64,000 nucleotides of DNA from an uncultured Alphaproteobacteria bacterium (GCA_964455525.1 CAYVWR010000006.1:261388-325387); one strand, 5' to 3'; positions 20,118 through 28,756 are shown, counted from the first letter of the stretch. The notes: generated by a model not told the origin, from the sequence alone. Translations and numbers: made by a program.

Positions 20118-21242
20118 TCACCCCTGTTCCATCTCCAGCTCGAACTCCGCCCCTGCCAGCACCGTTCCGTTCACCTGAATCTCCAGGCGCTGCATGCCCG
20201 GATAGTATCGCCGTGTGGTGATCGGCCGGATGGCATGGCGTCGGCGCAGTGTAACGCTCCCGCCCCCCTCGATGGTACAGGTGGTCATCTTGAACACCTT
20301 CGGCGAGCGCCCACCGTTTGCCTTGACGAAGTGCATCAGATAATCGACAACCAGATGCTGTGCTGTGACATCATGGCTCTCCAGCGTAAAGGAGAAGGAG
20401 AGAACATCGTTCATCCGCATGGTGCGCGGAGCAAGCTGGAGATCGCGCACCCCGACCGCAGTTCCATGAAAGCCGAGCACTGCCAGCGCAGCCGGATCGC
20501 CCTGTTTTACCAGGCTTCGGAGCGCACGCTTGAGAATCCATTGCCGCTGCGGGCTTGCATCCACATTCCACCGCCCTGCCGTCTCGACCAGAATGTCCGG
20601 GTGATCCTTGCCGATATCGTTCAGATTATTCGCCACAGAACGGCGCACATACTCCGAGGGATCATCCTTCAACATCTCCAGAAGCTCCAGCACCGGCGTG
20701 GGGTCAGCGATAAATGGCTTCAATCGTGATGCCCAGGGAAGACGGGGGCGCGTTCCCTCGCTCACAAGTCGGCGTACATGCGGATCAGGATCACGTGCCC
20801 ATCGGCGGAGAAGCTTCAGGGTCTGCTCGGAGTGGTGAACGATATAGGGCCGGATGGCGAATTCCGCCGAGCTGTGCTTTGTGATGCTATGGAGCGCTGC
20901 GAGCGAGCCGGTAGGGTACTCCAGCCCATAGGTTTCCACGAACTGCCCCATCACAAGCAGGGGAAACCCTCCTATGGATGTTCCAGATTGGCCCTCCAGC
21001 TCGATTTCCAGGATTTGCAGAAGAGCCATAAGCGCCGACGGATAATCTTCTGGAAGGAACTCGCGCAGCGCGGCGGCCATCGCAACCATACGCCCCTTTA
21101 ATTCCAGCGGTTCAAGCTCCTGTTCCAGTCGTGCCACAAACTCCCTGGATCGGAACCCAGGCTGAATGGTGCTGAGAAGTCGAGCAAAATATTGTGCCAG
21201 CTCTACGCCAAACTGTTCCTTCAGTGCAGTTGATTCCGCCAT
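20118..21242 (-). CDS. DNA alkylation repair protein, AlkC/AlkD-like HEAT-repeat family
   Basis: HEAT-like repeats with HVRRLVSEGTRPRLPW and YVRRSVANNLNDIGKDHP motifs typical of the DNA_alkylation (PF08713) family. The ~370 aa length fits AlkC-type. Confidence 0.55.
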   Translation of the reverse strand: MAESTALKEQFGVELAQYFARLLSTIQPGFRSREFVARLEQELEPLELKGRMVAMAAALREFLPEDYPSALMALLQILEIELEGQSGTSIGGFPLLVMGQFVETYGLEYPTGSLAALHSITKHSSAEFAIRPYIVHHSEQTLKLLRRWARDPDPHVRRLVSEGTRPRLPWASRLKPFIADPTPVLELLEMLKDDPSEYVRRSVANNLNDIGKDHPDILVETAGRWNVDASPQRQWILKRALRSLVKQGDPAALAVLGFHGTAVGVRDLQLAPRTMRMNDVLSFSFTLESHDVTAQHLVVDYLMHFVKANGGRSPKVFKMTTCTIEGGGSVTLRRRHAIRPITTRRYYPGMQRLEIQVNGTVLAGAEFELEMEQG

Positions 21243-21569
21243 CGTATTGTGATCGTAAGAAGAATTCGGGGGCGATCGGCTGTGACAGGCTCCCGCCAGA
21301 GTTATTGATCACCCTGGCACCACAGATAGAGAACCGATGGTTGCAGGGGAGGGGAGAGCACTGCATACTGTCGATAGGAAACCAGAAAGATAGGGAGCGG
21401 AAGGGAAGGAAGACAGCAGGATCGCCTGTGCGAAGCTTTTTTTGCGGTGCCTGCTTTACCCATGGCCCGATGCATGCAGAAGCGGAGAGAGAGTGATACA
21501 AGGGCGTTTCCGCTATGTTCCATGACGCAGTGCAAGGGCATGCAGACACAAGGCATCGCCCCTCCGGCA

Positions 21570-21630
21570 CCGGTAGGCTTCGGGGGCAACGGCATGGGTA
21601 CTCCCCTGCATCGTCCCCGAAGCCTACCGG
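21570..21630. repeat. Perfect 16-bp inverted repeat (CCGGTAGGCTTCGGGG ... CCCCGAAGCCTACCGG, 29-nt spacer), followed by a tandem direct 10-mer (CCGGCCAGCT x2)
   Basis: Read directly from the sequence. It lies in the 525-bp intergenic region between two minus-strand genes. Confidence 0.5.
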
Positions 21631-21768
21631 CCAGCTTCCGGCCAGCTACGGCTGCCGCTCCCCCCTGATACCAACAACACGGGCGCAGAAAGAGAGCGCC
21701 TCCATCCTGTCCCCGTATTGCACACAATTGTATGCAAGCTGTACCACAGCGCAGGCTCGGATGCCACT

Positions 21769-22407
21769 TCAGCCCAGCCGCTTGCGTGCTCTCTGCTGGA
21801 TCTTCCGCTCTGCGTCGTTACGGGCCTTCGCCTGCACACAGCGCTGAAGATCGGCGCAGGCGGCGGCATCGTTCTCCAGTTCCTTGTAGGCAAGCGACCG
21901 AAGGTAATAGACTTCCACCGGGTTCTCGGCACCGTAGGTGAGCGCCTTCGAGAGATTATCCACGGCGGTCTCGAACGAGGCATCCGGCAGCCCGCCATAA
22001 AACGCCTTGACGGCACTCTTCTGCATCCAGGAGAGATTGGCAATGTAATAATGCCAGGCTCCGAGCATCATATAGGCCGCCCCGTTTTTATTGTCGAGCG
22101 TAATGGCTCGTTCGGCGCTCTCCTTTACTACTTTCGATAACTGTATCCGCTCCTTGGTCGGAGCTACCATTGCAAGCCGTCCGGCAGCGTTTGCAAGCCA
22201 CAGATGCTCATGGGAGCTGTTCGGATTCTGAGCCACCGAACGCTGGGCCATCGTGTAGGCACGGCGGAACACCGGCTCCTGCTCATCATCGCTGGTGAGC
22301 TTTTCTCCGCTTATCACAAGATTCCTGACATCCTTCCAATCGGCACAAGCATGCGAAGCGCCCACAGCAGCAACGGCAAGAACACACCATACAACGGCAA
22401 TCTTCAT
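21769..22407 (-). CDS. Hypothetical secreted protein
   Basis: Signal peptide MKIAVVWCVLAVAAVGASHA, helical TPR-like body, no recognisable motif. Confidence 0.45.
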   Translation of the reverse strand: MKIAVVWCVLAVAAVGASHACADWKDVRNLVISGEKLTSDDEQEPVFRRAYTMAQRSVAQNPNSSHEHLWLANAAGRLAMVAPTKERIQLSKVVKESAERAITLDNKNGAAYMMLGAWHYYIANLSWMQKSAVKAFYGGLPDASFETAVDNLSKALTYGAENPVEVYYLRSLAYKELENDAAACADLQRCVQAKARNDAERKIQQRARKRLG

Positions 22408-22861
22408 AACACATCCCTATTCAGGTGAACAATCATCATTCTCATCAACAAGAACGAACCGTGCCTGGCAATAGTACCAGGCACATCGCTTACACTCTGA
22501 AATAATACAGGCCAACGCTCAGAGATGCAATGGATGAGAGCAAATTCAGTGCAAGAAATTCCAGGATGCGGCGAGTAGAGCTGTAGCAGAAACCATTGTG
22601 GGGGAGGATAGTATGCCTGGCAGCACCCCTGAAGACCGATTCGGCATGAACGGAGAGCGGAGCAACAGGGCCAGTTGCTGGCCTGACAGGCTCGTTCCCG
22701 AACGCACATGAACGGAAACTGGGCCAGCGACCGCCCACACCAGGCGCAGAGAATCCTTTGAAGACATCCGTATCACCTGGCGATCAGTTGCAGAGGGGCA
22801 TCCGTGCATAACATCTTATGATGCCCCAGACGCCAGCATACAGTGATGGAAGAGTCCCCTC

Positions 22862-23596
22862 TTGGTCTGGACAAGTGGTTTTTCAGCTATGTGGCTACTA
22901 GCGAACGCGAAGAACGGGATCAGTTCGTACGAGCTGCACCGGGCAATCGGGGTCACCCAGAAGAGCGCATGGTTCATGCTACATCGAATCCGGTTGTCAA
23001 TGGAAGCCGGGACGATTGAGAAGAAGGCTATAGGTGTCTGTGAGGCTGATGAGACCTACATCGGTGGCCGAATCAGCAACATGCATAAGTCGAAGAAGGA
23101 GAAGATGCCAAAGGGCCGGGGGACGGTCGGTAAGGCTATCGTCATGGGGGGATACTGGAGCGAGGAGATGAGGGGAAATTGAGCAGCGTTCGGGCGAAGG
23201 TCATTGAGAACATCCAGCGTGAAACGCTCCACAAGGAGGTTAAGGACAATGTAGATCCCGGTAGTAGCATCTTTACGGATTCTTTGGCATCTTACCAAGG
23301 TCTGGAGGAGGAATACGTCCATAAGTTCGTGGATCATGCAGTTTCGTACGTGGAGGGGATGGTTCATACGAATGGGCTAGAGAACTTCTGGAGTTTGCTG
23401 AAGCGCACGGTACGGGGGACGTATACGCATGTTGACCCGGAGCATCTGTTTCGATAACCGGAAGGATGATGATCAAGGTAGGTTCCTGAATGTAGTGGGA
23501 TCATCAGAGGGGAAACGGATAACCTATAAGGAATTGAAAAAGAAGCCAGAGAAGGACGAAGAGAAGAAGAAGCCGAGGGAAAAGAAGAAGACGTAA
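22862..23596 (+). pseudogene. Decayed IS1595-family (ISXO2-like) transposase. The N-terminus (zinc-finger region) is missing and there are at least two frameshifts (near 23180 and 23455).
   Basis: Frame 2 reads WLLANAKNGISSYELHRAIGVTQKSAWFMLHRIR...EADETYIGG. Frame 1 reads ...HAVSYVEGMVHTNGLENFWSLLKRTV.GTYTHVDPEHLFR. A third frame reads RFL..KRITYKEL. These are the conserved IS1595 HTH/DDE-region blocks split across frames. Confidence 0.7.
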
Positions 23597-24081
23597 TGTT
23601 CCCTGCAATCGCGGGGATGATCCAATACACGGAAGGACCTCATACCCCCACAGGTTTCCAGTAATTCGCCTGTGGGTCACCTTTTCACCAGATATGGAGA
23701 AAGGCGTGTACGAGGTAACAGCCGTGGTCATCGCGATGGCTTATCTCGTCAGAGAGATCAGACTTCTGATCTCTGTCTGGCGTGGATAAGTGAACGGATG
23801 GCACAAAGTATGGTCCCCACTCCGGTGGGGGCCATGACTATATACTGATTATGGGTACATCGAAGAAAGAAAAGGAATCAGAGAGTGAGATGCCAGAGTC
23901 ATGGAAGAAATTCCTTGACATGGCTCGTACGGTTGTGAATGTTCCGAAGGAAAAGATCGAGAAGTTAGAAGAACAGAAGCAGAAGGAGCGTCCTCGTAGC
24001 CAGCAAGATCAAGAAAGGATAGCCGAATAGTTAATTACATCACCCCGGTTGATAAGCGAGTCATCACATTATAGCCGTTGT

Positions 24082-24534
24082 ATGATGAAATTCGATCAGA
24101 TTCACAATGATACCGATTGCAAATGCATCAACAATACTTGTCAGGAGAACACAAGTGATATATTCTGTCGAGCCTTAAAAGGTAAGGACCTTACTGCTAG
24201 TGACTTCATGTCATATTGGGAAGAAGGACGACGTCTCCCTGCACATATCAAGGCAAACTGTGAAGACACATGTGAACGAAAGGGTATATCCATCAACTTA
24301 CTCAATTCAGATAATGAAGAGAATGTCAAAGGAAAATTCAGTAGTATAGTTACGCGAAATATCAAGCCACAGAGAAAGATATTTACTCACTACTGTAAGT
24401 TCAAGTTTGCGGCAGACTGCGGAAAGCTCAAGCATACACCCGGACGTGGCGACCAGTATCATTACACATTTTACAAATGTGATGGGTTCAACATTAAACA
24501 GTTAGAGCATGTCAGCATACTTCCATTGAGCTAA
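24082..24534 (+). CDS. Hypothetical Cys-rich small protein, about 150 aa. The ORF track starts at TTG 24049. First gene of the island operon.
   Basis: Eleven Cys in the listed 161-aa ORF, including CKCINNTC, CEDTC, YCKFKFAADC and YKC, with no recognised family. The stop is followed 1 nt later by the start of the next gene. Confidence 0.45.
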   Translation: MMKFDQIHNDTDCKCINNTCQENTSDIFCRALKGKDLTASDFMSYWEEGRRLPAHIKANCEDTCERKGISINLLNSDNEENVKGKFSSIVTRNIKPQRKIFTHYCKFKFAADCGKLKHTPGRGDQYHYTFYKCDGFNIKQLEHVSILPLS

Positions 24535-24535
24535 A

Positions 24536-25807
24536 ATGTTTGAGATCGAACCATATCGAGAAGTACCAACCGACTTACCTGTTATTAAATCGGAGTACCA
24601 CGTTTTGCATTTCGATGATGAACCTATACTCTATTCTGGGAAGAATAGATATGGGGATATCGTACTTGGCTCCTCCGTTGATGAGGACTATGAAGGACGG
24701 ATTGAGCGTCATTATTGTGTGCCAGTAGACCTCGCTACATACTCGTCTTTCATCAATGGTAATATCAGTTACTATGATATCCTCTGTCAATCAAAGTCAA
24801 TATTCGTCGTTGACAGTGATTTCGATGGGAAGTCATTTCGTACGTACCTGCTACCTCTTGCTGATATCCCTAGCGATTATCTGCCAATGCCAGATTCTTT
24901 CTGTCCTCCCCAACCAGTATCTGAGTCTCTAGCACTATCATTATATGCAAGTCTTAAAGGAAAGCTAGCTGATCAGCACAAAGCCGTGCCATCAGAGCTA
25001 AGCCGGATACAACAGGCACTAGCAGACGTATTAGAAACCGCATTGAATAGCTTGCGGGAACTGACTCAACCCAATTTATATATTGCAGCATACTCTCCGT
25101 CAAGTTTCCGGATTCATTATGAAGTCCAGATGCCAAAACAACTTGACTTCGGCACTCAGGGTTACATCCGCTTCTATAATAAGCTTCTTCGCTTTTGCTT
25201 TAACAATCTGCCCACTGAGATGGCGAAGATTGTCGAGTTGACTCCTGAAATATCCTACAGGTTTGAAGAAATAGTGAATGAGTACAAAGACCTACATAGT
25301 ACAGTATGGGTTGAAAGTGGCAACAAGGAAGCATACTTTCGTGCGCAATTGATTGAGAATGTTGTTGAGATTGCGAACGAATTAAAAGATGCGTCTGATG
25401 CGATAGGTCAGCACTTCACGAATATCTCCATATTTGATGGGGAATCTGATGAAGCATCTAATGTCGTGGGAGTTATTGATGATAATTTTAGAGACGGTAT
25501 TGTTGAGGCTATTGAGATAGCTGGTAGTAAATATTCTAAATTTGAAGCCGATGCAACACCGCAGACGTACGAAATCCAAATTTATTCTTTTAATACTCAT
25601 TCAAGGAAGGGTAGCGCATACGTAATCGTCTCCAATGTTCATGGTGATCGAGAAGTTATTACGACTAGGATTACAGTTCTTGGTGATGAGATCTTAGAAG
25701 AAACGAAATACACAGAAAGCTTACATCACAAGAAAACCATTCAAATCCGGGCGACCGCACATCGAGTAAGGGGTAAGATTACTCGAATGGACATACTGTT
25801 TGATTAA
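24536..25807 (+). CDS. Hypothetical 423-aa protein, second gene of the island operon
   Basis: Long AT-rich ORF with no Walker, HKD or other recognisable catalytic motif. It is probably translationally coupled to the upstream ORF (TAAaATG). Confidence 0.5.
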   Translation: MFEIEPYREVPTDLPVIKSEYHVLHFDDEPILYSGKNRYGDIVLGSSVDEDYEGRIERHYCVPVDLATYSSFINGNISYYDILCQSKSIFVVDSDFDGKSFRTYLLPLADIPSDYLPMPDSFCPPQPVSESLALSLYASLKGKLADQHKAVPSELSRIQQALADVLETALNSLRELTQPNLYIAAYSPSSFRIHYEVQMPKQLDFGTQGYIRFYNKLLRFCFNNLPTEMAKIVELTPEISYRFEEIVNEYKDLHSTVWVESGNKEAYFRAQLIENVVEIANELKDASDAIGQHFTNISIFDGESDEASNVVGVIDDNFRDGIVEAIEIAGSKYSKFEADATPQTYEIQIYSFNTHSRKGSAYVIVSNVHGDREVITTRITVLGDEILEETKYTESLHHKKTIQIRATAHRVRGKITRMDILFD

Positions 25808-25986
25808 GTATCAACCCGTTTCATCACCTCAGCCAGCAGTTCATCAGGTTGCATTTTGAGCTTTCCTGCGATCGAAATGATCCCTCGCAGACACACCTGC
25901 CGTTCTCCTCTCTCTAGCCTTGATATGTAGGAATGATCCATTGTGTCATCATCCTCCAGATCAGCTTGAGTCAAACCAAGCGCCAT
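25804..25986 (-). CDS. XRE-family helix-turn-helix (HTH) DNA-binding protein (short, possibly N-terminally truncated)
   Basis: LGLTQADL.....SYISRLERGER.....L..IA..L is the XRE/Cro-type HTH pattern. It is convergent on and overlaps the 423-aa gene by 4 nt, and is divergent from the next ORF. Confidence 0.55.
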   Translation of the reverse strand: MALGLTQADLEDDDTMDHSYISRLERGERQVCLRGIISIAGKLKMQPDELLAEVMKRVDT

Positions 25987-26022
25987 CCTTCTCTCTCGTA
26001 AGACTATAGCACAGGTAAAAGG

Positions 26023-26484
26023 GTGAAGCTGAACCCTGATGGAACATGGGCCGCACTGGATAACGATAGTACCAGCGGCTTCAATCCCAAGGGGGCGAAA
26101 TTCCTGACCGCTAGAACCAGTAAGCCCACTCAGCTAAAGGGTATGGCCGAGATCATGCCTGATGGTTTGTTTGGCTCTTCGTTCCAAAGCCAAGCTGAAC
26201 AATACTATGCGTTCCGAATCCAGTGTGAGGGATTCCCGGATGGTCGTAGCGTTATGGGCTGTATCCAGCGGGATACACCTGAAGGGGAACGACTCTTTGA
26301 GACATTAAGTGATGGTAAGAAACACAAGGTTGTTTTGGAAATGCGATTTCGGACCAAGGCAGAACAGAAACCGTCTCTCGTACGGATGTACGAGCAGGAC
26401 CCACCCCCTGATATGTTTTATGACAAGAGCCATGTACTAATCACCAAAATAGTTGCGATCGACACATGGTCAGTAGCCAATTAA
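26023..26484 (+). CDS. Hypothetical protein (GTG start in the ORF track), divergent from the XRE gene
   Basis: ORF in the AT-rich island with no recognisable domain. Confidence 0.4.
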   Translation: MKLNPDGTWAALDNDSTSGFNPKGAKFLTARTSKPTQLKGMAEIMPDGLFGSSFQSQAEQYYAFRIQCEGFPDGRSVMGCIQRDTPEGERLFETLSDGKKHKVVLEMRFRTKAEQKPSLVRMYEQDPPPDMFYDKSHVLITKIVAIDTWSVAN

Positions 26485-26610
26485 CGGGAGCTATAATAGC
26501 GAGTGAGGTGGTGACACAATGGAAGACATTATGAGTTTTTCAGTTGGTGATATCCGAGACGATGAGAACTGGATCGAATCATCGGTACGCTGTACCTATT
26601 CCTAAAACAA

Positions 26611-26808
26611 TTGGAGTATGGTGTTAAACTCGGCATCGAGCAGTTAAAGGATAACGCATTTACTGTTCTTGTTGGTCATTTGTGTGGTGTTACGTCTGGG
26701 AAATTCCACGGCCACGAAGTCGCCATCTGTTATCTGAATGAATGGAATTATTCGTCGGCAGTCGGGGCTATGAAAGAACAGCACAAGAAGGAGCTGGGTG
26801 AACTATAG
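26611..26808 (+). CDS. Hypothetical small protein (TTG start), uncertain
   Basis: Only ORF-track support. Confidence 0.2.
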   Translation: MEYGVKLGIEQLKDNAFTVLVGHLCGVTSGKFHGHEVAICYLNEWNYSSAVGAMKEQHKKELGEL

Positions 26809-26892
26809 GAAAAGGAGAAATATGAGAAGACCGCCTTTCAGATGCCGGGCAAGGCTCGGCTTACTGTGACACTACGGGAACAGTAGAATCAA

Positions 26893-26925
26893 ATAGGGCC
26901 TGATCCACCATAGATCAGGCCCTAT
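26893..26925. terminator. Perfect 13-bp hairpin (ATAGGGCCTGATC-caccata-GATCAGGCCCTAT) at the right edge of the island
   Basis: Read directly from the sequence. There is no strong U-run, so it could be a terminator or an island-end structure. Confidence 0.4.
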
Positions 26926-27221
26926 CATATTAACCATAATCCTTCAGGCTAGTCAAGAGCTTGGTGTCTCAAGTATGTTAGTGCCTTTTTTATACCTGTG
27001 GTATTTTTTGGCTTACGAACCCATGCACTGTCAGCTATGATGCTGGATACTCTCAGGGCAAGCAAAACACTATAACATTGTACGATCGGTTGTACCCCTT
27101 GGAGCAACGGGAGCGACAGCAGAGGAGGAGTGCAATAATGGTGGCTGGACAGATATCATGATGGCATGCATATCATGGCCATATGCATGCATATCCCCTC
27201 TACACTGATACTCCCACAACC

Positions 27222-27257
27222 AGCAAAAGGGGCGGCCCGTAACGGACCACCCCTTTC
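27222..27257 (-). terminator. Candidate rho-independent terminator of the dcw operon (minus strand: GAAAGGGG...CCCCTTTT then GCTG)
   Basis: Hairpin AAAGGGG/CCCCTTT with a T4 run on the minus strand about 40 nt after the ftsZ stop. Confidence 0.45.
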
Positions 27258-27293
27258 TATTCGTTCAAGCGTATCTACGTGCCATAGAGCCTC

Positions 27294-28607
27294 CTAGTCC
27301 ATGATGCGGCGCAGGAATGCCGGCTTATCGGCAGCCTGTTTCTGCTGCCGCAGTTCCTGGCGCTCATCGGCCTGTGGCTCCTCATCTGGACGTGCCTGCG
27401 GCTCCTCCTGACGGCGGGTAACATCATAGCCACCACGGTGGATGCCTGCGCCGCGCCGCATATATGCAGGCTCGTTATACTTCTCCAGATCCTCAAGCCC
27501 CACCGGCACATGATCGGCAACGGTATCGCGCGACTGGTTTGCGTACGGACGCGCCGCCTGCTGCTGCATGGGAATGCTCTGCGGCTGCGGTGCGGCTGCC
27601 GGAGCCTGTGCTGCGGCACGCTGTGGCGGAGCCTGGCGTACCTCCTTCGACTTGTTGAACCCTGTTGCGATGACCGTCACCATCATGGAATCGGCAAGGG
27701 TATCATCCAGCACAACGCCGAAGATGATATTTGCCTCGGCACCGACCGACTCATGGACGATCTTTACCGCTTCATCCACTTCCATCATGGTCAGATCGCT
27801 CGATGCCGCGATGTTGATAAGCACGCCTTCGGAGCCTGTAATGGAGATTCCCTCCAGCAGCGGCGAGCTGATCGCATTCTGTGCAGCCTGGGTGGCACGG
27901 CTCTCGCCAGCGGCGATTCCGGTTCCCATAAGCGCATCGCCCATGTTCTGCATCACCGTACGGACGTCGGCAAAATCGACGTTGACAAGACCGTGGCCGG
28001 TAATGATCTCGGCGATGCCACGGGTGGCATTATAGAGAACATCATCAACCTTATGAAACGCTTCCCTGAAGCCGGTCTTTTTATCGATGATCGAAAGCAG
28101 CTTCTGGTTTGGCACAACGATCAGCGTATCAACGTGCTCCTTCAGCTCCTTGATACCCAGATCGGCCTTGTCCTTTCGGGGCTTTCCCTCCCAATCGAAC
28201 GGACGCGTGACGATGCCGACAACGAGAGCGCCGAGTGAGCGTGCGATTTCCGCCACAACCGGAGCGCCCCCAGTGCCGGTACCACCACCCATGCCTGCGG
28301 TAACAAACACCATGTCGGTATTCGACAGAATCTGCGCCAATTCCTCACGATCTTCAACCACTGCATCGTGGCCGATCGATGGATTTGCACCAGCGCCGAG
28401 ACCACGCGTCAGTTCCTTCCCTACCTGGACCCGAAGCGGCGACTGATTTTTAGCAAGAGCCTGGAGGTCGGTATTAACCACGAGAAATTCGCAGCCTGAC
28501 AGGCCACGCTCAATCATGCTATTGACCGCGTTTCCTCCGCCGCCCCCGACTCCTACGATTTTGATTTTTGCTCCGTGATGCTCCACGGAACGATCGAGCT
28601 CGATCAT
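27294..28607 (-). CDS. ftsZ: Cell division protein FtsZ
   Basis: GVGGGGGNAVNSM and GGGTGTG tubulin signature, and a C-terminal linker plus conserved tail. Confidence 0.97.
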   Translation of the reverse strand: MIELDRSVEHHGAKIKIVGVGGGGGNAVNSMIERGLSGCEFLVVNTDLQALAKNQSPLRVQVGKELTRGLGAGANPSIGHDAVVEDREELAQILSNTDMVFVTAGMGGGTGTGGAPVVAEIARSLGALVVGIVTRPFDWEGKPRKDKADLGIKELKEHVDTLIVVPNQKLLSIIDKKTGFREAFHKVDDVLYNATRGIAEIITGHGLVNVDFADVRTVMQNMGDALMGTGIAAGESRATQAAQNAISSPLLEGISITGSEGVLINIAASSDLTMMEVDEAVKIVHESVGAEANIIFGVVLDDTLADSMMVTVIATGFNKSKEVRQAPPQRAAAQAPAAAPQPQSIPMQQQAARPYANQSRDTVADHVPVGLEDLEKYNEPAYMRRGAGIHRGGYDVTRRQEEPQARPDEEPQADERQELRQQKQAADKPAFLRRIMD

Positions 28608-28756
28608 ATTGATCCTCCCCTTCCTATGCTGAGTGAATTGGGCGATAGTATATGCTTATCCATTCTATGTGCTGTAGCAGGCCCAAGCTAACCTGATGCC
28701 TGAACCGGCCGGCCCGTGCCCTCACACGGGCCAGTTCCTTTCCTGTGAACCTCTTG

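Larger units (their letters stand above)
23600..26930. mobile_element. AT-rich horizontally acquired island of about 3.4 kb adjacent to the IS1595 remnant, carrying 4-5 unknown genes
   Basis: Sharp drop in GC (by eye about 40-45% against about 62% for flanking DNA). Bounded on the left by the transposase pseudogene and on the right by a 13-bp perfect hairpin (about 26893-26925), followed by the ftsZ terminator. Confidence 0.55.

Noticed and set aside
23504-23731. 75-aa minus-strand ORF inside the IS remnant / island edge
   Set aside because: It is antisense to the K/E-rich transposase C-terminal remnant and is L/F-rich low-complexity sequence. It is likely spurious.
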